From Octopus vulgaris (taxonomy: Eukaryota): a DNA stretch of 64,000 nt. The notes beneath the pieces were generated by a model. The model did no database searches, had not been told where the DNA came from, and saw nothing but the letters and a program-made list of their open reading frames with translations. Shown here piece after piece: positions 55,782-64,000 of the stretch (positions are counted from its first letter, which is position 1; each line of letters begins with the position of its first letter). A program made the position numbers and the translations under genes. The DNA is taken from the NCBI GenBank assembly GCA_951406725.2, contig OX597817.1, forward strand, positions 48,670,001 to 48,734,000, given 5' to 3'.

Positions 55782-55894
55782 AAATAAACATACATACATA
55801 CATACACACATACATACTTATATACATACATACATACATGCATACATGCATACATACATACATACATACATACATACATACATACATACATACA

Positions 55895-55927
<33 letters not shown>

Positions 55928-55929
55928 TA

Positions 55930-56280
55930 TAGGCGCAGTGTTGCTGTGTGGTAAGAAGCTTGCTTCTCAACCACATGGTTCCGGATTCAGTCCCACTGCG
56001 TGGCACCTTGGGTAAGTGTCTTCTATTTTAGCCACGAGCCGACCAAAGTCTTGTGAGTGGATTTCGTAGACGGAAACTGAAAGAAGCCCGTTGTGTATAT
56101 TTATATGTATATATATTTGTTTAGCGATATTTCATCCGGTTTTACGTTTTGAATTCAATTTCCGCCGAGGTCGGCTTTGTCTTCCATCCTGTCGGGATCG
56201 ATATAATAAGCAACATTTGAGCACAGGAGCCGATGTAATCGATTTTATCCCTCCATCGAAATTTAAGCCCACATGTCAAA
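55930..56280 (+). mobile_element. Family A 5' part followed by a diverged family B body
   Basis: Family motifs. Confidence 0.75.
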
Positions 56281-56283
56281 GTA

Positions 56284-56849
56284 TTGAGTTGTCCGGAATG
56301 TTCGTGCCGATTTATAGTAGCTTACCTTTCGACTTATTTTAGAACATGGTTGAGTCCATAAAATAGTATTTGACTACACCTCCATTTAGAGCACAGTTTA
56401 AGCTATCTATTCGTGGAAGAAGGTTTATGTTCCTATAACCTGTGTTAATTTTGCAACCTTTTAAAATGGAAGATAAGAAAGTTCATTTTCGGCACTTGAT
56501 ACTATGGGAATCAGACAAAAATTGCTGCAGCTAGGCTGGGATGTGTTACCCCACCCTCCATATTCACCAGATATTGCTCCTTCGGATTTCCACTTATTTA
56601 GGTCTCTGCAGAATTGTCTTAATGGTAAAAATTTCAATTCCTTGGATGACGTAAAAAGATACCTTGATGAATTGCTTGCCATGAAACCACCTCAATTCTG
56701 GGAAGGGGATATTTTCAAGTTAAAGGAAAGATGGAGACGCATCGTGCAGCAAAATGGTTCATATTTGGTTGATTAAAAATATAATGGCAAGTATTTATTG
56801 AGCTTTTTCTTTCCTTTAAAAATCAGCACGAACTTTCCGGACAACCCAG
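56284..56849 (+). mobile_element. Internally deleted mariner element
   Basis: TIRs TTGAGTTGTCCGGAATGTTCGTGCCGATTT / AAATCAGCACGAACTTTCCGGACAACCCAG with TA flanks. N-terminus MEDKKVHFRH is joined to C-terminus LGWDVLPHPPYSPDIAPSDFHLF. Confidence 0.92.
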
Positions 56850-57554
56850 TAGAAAGAATTACGAGGGTATATGTCTACATGTATGTCTCTATGTTTGTGT
56901 GTATCCTATGTCGTTTATTATTTTAGTAGTTCTCAACTTCAAAGAAACACTCCGCTGCGTTTATGTATTTAACTTAAGATCATTAACATACCCAACTTAA
57001 GATCATTAACATATCCAACTCCGTTTTTTTAATTTCATAATAATATCTAAACCACTTTAAAAATCATATTAGATTTGACGAGCTTTAATATTAGAAAAGA
57101 AAAACGTTTGGAGCTTCCAGTAATCTGTGATTAATGCGACAAATAATATTGTTGGGAATTATATAATATTGTGGGGAATTATATATATTCAGCAATATTG
57201 GAGAGATGTGAAAACTCATCTTTCCAATATCCATTAAATTTATAACATTTAACTAAATTTAAACAATTTAATTAAAGCTAAATTTAATTAGAGTAAATTC
57301 ATGAATTCTAAATGCTTATTTCTGTATATAATTTGGCATGCATTTTAGCAATAATTCTAGACATTTCTTCAATTAAGTTTTAGAAATATGCAAAACACCT
57401 GAGCCCTATTTGTTGTGCCTGACTGTTAACAAAATATTAATATCGGTGATAATTAAGCAGAGTAAATTGCTTAACTTTTCCAAAAAAGATTCCTAGATTG
57501 TAATTATCTCTATTTCTTTAGAAAAGAATATTTCTAAGCAATATATATGGTAGC

Positions 57555-57955
57555 AGGTGCAATCATGGCTGTTTGGTTAAGAAGATCGGTTTGCAACAAT
57601 ATATGGTCTCAAGTTCAGTTCCACTGCATGGCACTTTGGGCAAGTGCCGTCTACTATATACCCTGACCGACTAATGCCTTGTGTATAAATCTAGTACTTT
57701 GAAACTATGTTGAAGCATGTAATACATATGCATAGGTTATTTGGTCAGTGTTTGACTCATTACCACGTGACAACAGGTATTGGTTTCTTTACTTCCCTGT
57801 AACTTTGTGGTTCAGCCAAAGACAAAGATAGAATAATTTCCAAGCTTTAAAAAATTAGCACTGGGATTGATTTATTCATCTAAAAACACAAACACTTTTC
57901 AAGGCCGTGCCCCAGGAAGGCCACAGTATGATATGAGTAAAAAATAAAAGATGAA
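57555..57955 (+). mobile_element. SINE family A, old copy
   Basis: Diverged head, CTTTGGGCAAGT and tail. Confidence 0.65.
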
Positions 57956-58346
57956 AAGCGTCTATGTTCAGAATTGCAGTTCTCAATACAACCGCCATTT
58001 TTATTATGGACTTACCTTTTAGAGAAAACATATAGAGTTCCGGTTTTCTTACAGGAATAAAATACAACTCTTCATAACAAAATATAACACTAACCCATAA
58101 ACGGTGGCTTCTGTCAGTTCTTTTACCTCTTATGATATAATAACAGTTATATAATGGTTTATGATATAAAATTTTATGCTATAATATACGCAAGCATTTA
58201 ACCCTGTTTTTTTTTCCTAGCAAGAAACTTCAGTAGTCGACTTGAATTACAATTTAAAATATTTATTCAGATTAATTTACTGAGTATTTCTTTTATTTTA
58301 TGTGTAGCTTTACTTTGTTCAATATACTAATTGAAAATATAAGATT

Positions 58347-58520
58347 AAAGCGACGGGCTAGCAGAATCGTTAACACGCCGGGCAAAATAGCAGCATTTCG
58401 CCTGTCTACGTTCTGAGTTTAAAGGTCGATAAAATGTTCCAGCTGAACATTGGGGTCAATGAAATCGGCTTAGCCTTCTTCTTGAAATTGCTAGCCTTGA
58501 GCCACAATTTGAAACCAATA
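58347..58520 (+). mobile_element. SINE family B, diverged
   Basis: GCTAGCAGAATCGTTAACACGCCGGGC head. Confidence 0.6.
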
Positions 58521-58849
58521 TAATAGAAGATGATCTGGAAAGGAACTATATACTTATATCCCCAACTTATTCTCGGAGGCATTGCAAAAAACAATTATAA
58601 GCCAACAATTAACACACAGACACACGTATTGAATTACAAAATTACCGGGCTTAGCCGTTGAATAATTTTAAAGCAGTTGTTCGGTCTTTGGAAAAACAGC
58701 AAGGATTGCTTGGATAAATGCTTTGCAGTGCTTAGTTTCGTCTAGCTACACTGTGAGTTCCCATTCCAGCAATGTTGATTAGACCCATTTGTTCTCTAGG
58801 GGTCCATAATTATTTGTACTACTTTAAATCGGATCCAGTTATATTAAAA

Positions 58850-59110
58850 GCGAAGGCATCTAGTGTTTAGTGTCGTAAGATCGGGTTTCACTTCCCGGAC
58901 CAGGCGGCAAGTTGTGTTCTTGAGCAAAGTACTTCATTCCACATTGTTCCAGACGACATGGCAGTAAGTTCCAACAATGGCTAGGATGTTAACTCTGCGA
59001 TAGATCGGAATCCCGTTTAGGAGAGATTGTTCTCATCTCAGTCACTTATACGTCATGGAAAACTGTTTAAGCTCTGGTCTTTTGCTTCCTAAGGGCCCAT
59101 GGCAGACCTA
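58850..59110 (+). mobile_element. SINE family C, old copy
   Basis: CTTGAGCAAAGTACTTC CORE-like motif and CTGCGATAGATCGGAATCCCGTTTAGG. Confidence 0.55.
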
Positions 59111-59161
59111 AGTATGTTAGAGTAAATACGCATTTCCCATATACGATGCAGGCAGTTAAAT

Positions 59162-59470
59162 ATATATATATTTTTTTATTTATGCGCCCTTTTCAAGTCA
59201 AGCCCAGGCTCGTGGGACCGGTTTCCCGGTTTCTGTGGCATATGTGTTCCCCCCAGTCCATCGCAGCGTTACTCAAGAAACAGGAAGAAGGAGTGAGAGA
59301 AAGTTGGGGCGAAAGAGTACAACAGGGGTCGCCACCATCCCCTGCCGGGGTCTCGTGGAACTTTGGGTGTTTTCGCTCAATAAACACACATAACGCCCGG
59401 TCTGGGAATCGAAACCGCGATCCTCCGACCGCGAGTCCGCTGCTCTAACCACTGGGCCATTGCGCCTCCA
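59162..59470 (-). mobile_element. SINE family C, young copy with 9-bp TSD
   Basis: CAGTTAAAT at 59153-59161 and 59471-59479; minus head GGAGGCGCAATGGCCCAGTGGTTAGAGC. Confidence 0.9.
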
Positions 59471-61145
59471 CAGTTAAATGTATACTATTTTAAAAACACG
59501 CTTTAGTTGAAAATATTTAATTTATAAAATTTTTGTAGGTCGGATATGAGAACTTTTCAAGAGAGTCCTATTCAAAGATGTTCATGTGAAAGTTTCACTA
59601 ACTGTTGAATACGTCTGGAATTCATTGAGGGCAAAATTCTAATAATTTGAAAATACAAATATCACACATGTATAGAGTGTTACACATAAATGTTTCAAAT
59701 ATGGATTTTCATAAAAGAAAAAAAAACAGATAATCGATAGTGGTCTGGTGTATCTGTAACAATTAGGAAAATAGTATGGTGTAAGGAAAAGAAATTATCC
59801 TTAATCAGAAGAAAGAAAACTAGCTTTAGTTGTTACTTTCAGTCACAACTATCTTATTTTAGAAGTATAGTTTTTAAAAGTATTTCAGTCCCAAAACTCA
59901 ATAGAAAATAGATACTAGATAAAAAATTTATCAGATGAATCGAGTTGTTGTCCTTTTAATGTTGATGGGAATAAATGTTATACGAGCTGTGATAATAAGA
60001 TTGCTGTTGAATTTATTAAGACTAAAGCATGAGCAATCATCATTTAAAGGGATGGTTTATTGGCTAATGATATAGTTTCATTTATATTTCAACCCATTGA
60101 AAAGAATTCTTTATTTTCGAAAACTAAATGCTTCAATCTCTGAAACCAATAATACAAATCTTATTTAAAAAGAAATTCACGACACAATAGTAACTCAATT
60201 TATTTTATAATCTAATGCTATTTATTAAAACAATTCTGTCAAATCCAGAATGATTTGGAAGCTGTTTTAAAACTGTTATATCATTTCAACGAGTATGTAC
60301 ATGTTTGTGATAGCTCCAAACGTCAAAGCTGGCTATAAAACAAATACCATTATCAAGTATATGGGCAGAGAATATTGCACAAGAAGGATAAAAAGATAAT
60401 ATATGCTAATAGTTTAATTAAAATGTGTTTTATAAAAATGACAATTATTCTAATAGCCGTGAGCAGCATCAATGTTTTTCAGGTAAATAGCAAATTTTAG
60501 AAATCCAGAAATAAGTATTAAACAAAATTTGCTAGATTATTTAGAAAAAAGCAAAACTGCATTTAACATTTGAACTTACACATCCCACGCAAATGCATTT
60601 GCGCAGATATAAATCGATATAAAAATGTGTAGGTGTTCGTAATATGAAGAATACGTACACATACATACATACATACATAAATAGACACATATATACATAC
60701 ATACATACATACATACATACATACATACATACATACACACACACATACATACACACACATGCATACATGCATACTACATACATACATACATACATACATA
60801 CATACACACATACATACACACACATGCATACATGCATACTACATACATACATACATACATACATACACACATACATACACACATGCATACATGCATACTA
60901 CATACATACATACATACATACATATACACACGTAAAAACAAAAAAATATATATATATATATATATATATGGTTACTCGTACCTTAATGCAATAAAGTGTT
61001 CCTTTGTGTTCCTTTGCTGTTAAGTACCTAAACGCATTTGGAACACCTATTCCAGACCTACAAACATTCATGATTGTGAAACGTACAGAGTAACTGTAAT
61101 ATAAATTGTTTTCTTATTTCTTCTATACAAATTTATATATATATA

Positions 61146-61446
61146 CAGGGTGTCCCAAAAAAATGCATACACACTTTAGCAGCTGATAACTCAATTGATA
61201 TTTTTTCTTTCCAGATGAAACCTATAGGATTTAATGATGGCAGTCAGATTAAGCTTTGAACAAAGAAAGTTCATTCTAAAATGATACTGGAAGTGTAAAA
61301 ATGCAGTTGAAGTGCAAAAACAGTTGGGGATGGAGTTTCAAACAGATCCACCGATGCAACTCCTTATCACTTGAATTAGAGATAAGTTTGAAGCTGATGG
61401 GACTGTTCAGAATGTCCACGATAAGCATTCCAGAAGACCCCGAACA
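61146..61446 (+). mobile_element. 5' end of a Tc1/mariner-superfamily element (CAGGGTG terminus, DUF4817-like HTH)
   Basis: TA-CAGGGTGTCCC terminus; MAVRLSFEQRKFILK*YWK..NAVEVQ..F...PP...IRDKFEADGTV..SRRPR. Confidence 0.7.
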
Positions 61447-61649
61447 TATATATACATATATATATATAGCATGTTTTTAAAATAGTATACCTTTAACTGC
61501 CTGCATCGTATATGGGAAATGCATATTTACTCTAACATACTTAGATCTGTCGTGGGCCCTTAGAAAGCAAAAGACCAGACCTTAAACAGTTTTCCATGAC
61601 GTAAGTAAGCGAGATTAGAACACTCTCTCCTAATGAGAAAGGGAAATAT

Positions 61650-61775
61650 AAAGAGTTTGAAAACAAGGTATGTCGAGCTCTTTATAAAATGACAGGCTCT
61701 ACAGTGGAGAAACTGGGAAAATTAACAAGCTCAATTTACGATACAGGAAAGGTATTATTTGGAGTGAGAGAGAAT
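61650..61775 (+). pseudogene. Possible Hero/R2-type non-LTR retrotransposon fragment
   Basis: MTGSTVEKLGKLTSSIYDTGKVLFGV resembles the pre-RT region of Hero-type elements (from memory; short). Confidence 0.3.
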
Positions 61776-62151
61776 ATCCGATATGTAGAGGGTTTGTCGG
61801 ACACAGTGTAAGATGACTGTTGTTATCGTTAGGCCTAACTCATCGTAAAGTCAATCCCACCATGACCGATATCCAAACTACAGTGGAAAAAGGCTAGCCA
61901 CTGGATTTGGTTTAAATGATTTGGTTAAAATGAGCAATGGCTAGAGAAATGGTGAGCTTTATTTAATAACCAGTTGATCTAGCAAGCGGAGCCTCATATC
62001 AGTGAGGGTTGGGGGGACAGTGCGCATTGATGCCGTTGAGAAGTAGGCCTGAAAACGGCGCGCATTCTCTCCTGATGACCCCATACACTTGCTGGCATCC
62101 GGTATGCGGAGTTCTCGAGTGGTAGCACTTGCATGTGCAAATTGTTTGCAA

Positions 62152-62188
<37 letters not shown>

Positions 62189-62194
62189 GATAAA

Positions 62195-62486
62195 CGTCGC
62201 CCTTTTCAAGCCTAGCCAGGTTCATGGGCCCGGTTTCCCGGTTTCTGTGGCGTATGTGTTCTCCCCAGCTGGACGGGACGCCAGTTCATCGCAGCGTTAC
62301 TAAAAAAAACAGGAAGAGAGAGTGAGAGAAAGTTATGGAGAAAGAGTACAGCAGGTGTCGCCACCATCCCTACCGGAGCCTCGTAGAGCTTTTAGGTGTT
62401 TTCGCTCAATAAACACATACAAAGCTCGGTCTGGGAATCGAAACCGCGAGTCCACTGCCCTAACCACTGGGCCATTGCGCCTTCAC
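62195..62486 (-). mobile_element. SINE family C
   Basis: Colinear with 59162-59470. Confidence 0.85.
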
Positions 62487-62488
62487 AG

Positions 62489-62524
<36 letters not shown>

Positions 62525-62934
62525 GATTGAGATTCAGTTGAATTAGGTACTTAAGTTGGAGCACTAAGTCAGTGCAGTAATATCCGTACAACTCAAAGTA
62601 AGGTGAATAAAATCAAAATAAGCAACGGGATATCATGAGGTGATGCAGTACAACCGTTTCAAGCGGTTCCATTTAATTGAACAATTCAATCATTACATCA
62701 GTATAAATGCAGAGCATAAATAAATATAATTTCTAATCAGTTGGACACATTAATATAATTTTACTCAAATTCACGCTGCTCCAGTCCCCCTTTCAATCAA
62801 CAGAGAATACTGACCTGCTTGCCTAGCGTCATTCGTAGGTTGAAATGATGCAAAATGCATTTTGACCAGCGATGTGTAACAACATCTGATAATCTCGTCG
62901 GTTACGTGATCACAATGTCACGTAATACTACAAA

Positions 62935-63358
62935 TTTACTTGTCAGTTCTTTAACCTAAAGCTGTTGAGAATGCCCCTTAGTGGCTAACGATACGTGCAA
63001 TTCTGATCACGAGCAGTAGTAATGAGGGAGCATCATAGCCATGTGCTGTGAGGGATTCTTTGGTGTTTGGACAATTCACTTCTGGAAACATGGGTGTTTC
63101 GTTCAACATCCTTAAACAAATCTTATTCTGTCACCTTTTGAGCGGGATGGGCTACTCGACCGGAAGAAAATTCTAACTGAGCCTCACCTGCAAGATCATG
63201 GGCTGTTTATATTGATATGACATCACCATGTCGCGCCCATATGGTTGTGATGCATGTGTCTGGTGTACCCTTATCAGACGTGTAGTCATGATCTGTATAC
63301 TGGGTTTCGTATATTTTACCCCGGTTTTACATTGATGGCATGCACTGCTCTCTCACTC
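62935..63358. mobile_element. Truncated, diverged copy of the (AAT)n-associated ~555-bp repeat
   Basis: Colinear with 29980-30401; ends in AAT repeats. Confidence 0.85.
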
Positions 63359-63370
63359 AATAATAATAAT

Positions 63371-63588
63371 AATCCTTTCTACTGGCGGCTCAAGTCTTGA
63401 AATTTGGTGGGAGGGGAATCGTCGGTTATATCGACGCCAGTGTTTCACTGGTACTTATTTAATCGACCCCGAAAGGATGAAAACCAAAGTCGACCTCGGT
63501 GAAATTTAAACTCAGAATGTAGCGGCAGACATAATACCGCTAAGCATTTCACCCCGGTATGCTAAAGATTCTGCCAGCTCGCCACCTT
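63371..63588 (-). mobile_element. SINE family B
   Basis: Family motifs, inserted in (AAT)n. Confidence 0.85.
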
Positions 63589-63628
63589 AATAATAATAAT
63601 AATGAAAATAATAATAATGATAATAATA

Positions 63629-63668
<40 letters not shown>

Positions 63669-63682
63669 TAATAATAATAATA

Positions 63683-64000
63683 GCTCTCATGGCTTCTGAT
63701 CTTAACTGATTGGAAGTGTTATCATGTACATTGTTTTGTCTTGGTATAAAAGATGGGCTACAGCAAATATTCTGCTCAATACCACAGATTTGCTTGTCAG
63801 TTGTTTGACCTTAACCAGTTGAGCATGTCCCTTAGTGGCTGACGATATGTGCATCTCTGATCACGAGCAGAAGTAGTGGGGGAGCATCATAGCCATGTGT
63901 TGAGAGGGATTCTTTGGGGTTTGAATAGTTCACCTCTGGAAACATGGGTGGTTCTTTCAACATCCTTAAACAACCCTTATTCAGGGACCGTTTGAGCGGG
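63683..64000. mobile_element. Third copy of the (AAT)n-associated repeat, cut by the window edge
   Basis: Near-identical to 29873-30190. Confidence 0.9.

Overview
AT-rich, repeat-dense eukaryotic non-coding DNA. The SINE families and microsatellite load point to an Octopus-like cephalopod (inference). I can support no host protein-coding gene; nearly all listed ORFs are microsatellite or SINE artefacts. The window holds about 40 copies of three tRNA-headed SINE families and decayed Tc1/mariner/pogo elements and MITEs. It also has a Helentron-type element, fragments of Penelope-like (PLE), RTE and R4/Hero-type retrotransposons, and a 100-N gap. The main signal is a dense set of hammerhead ribozyme (HHR) motifs. 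A nearly perfect 360-bp tandem array (17756-19251) carries one type I HHR per unit with a variant core (CCGACGA), which is the layout of a circular-RNA retrozyme. A diverged relative at 47.7-48.0 kb carries a different core variant (UUGAUAA) with covarying helices. Other candidates are a non-circularly permuted HHR in a ~790-bp unit (52.4-53.9 kb) and a 291-bp circularly permuted unit with a tRNA-like module instead of a ribozyme (26.5-27.0 kb). Several of these insertions share one layout: an inverted partial copy plus permuted or tandem units inside microsatellite tracts. All folds were derived by eye, and ribozyme activity and novelty are untested.
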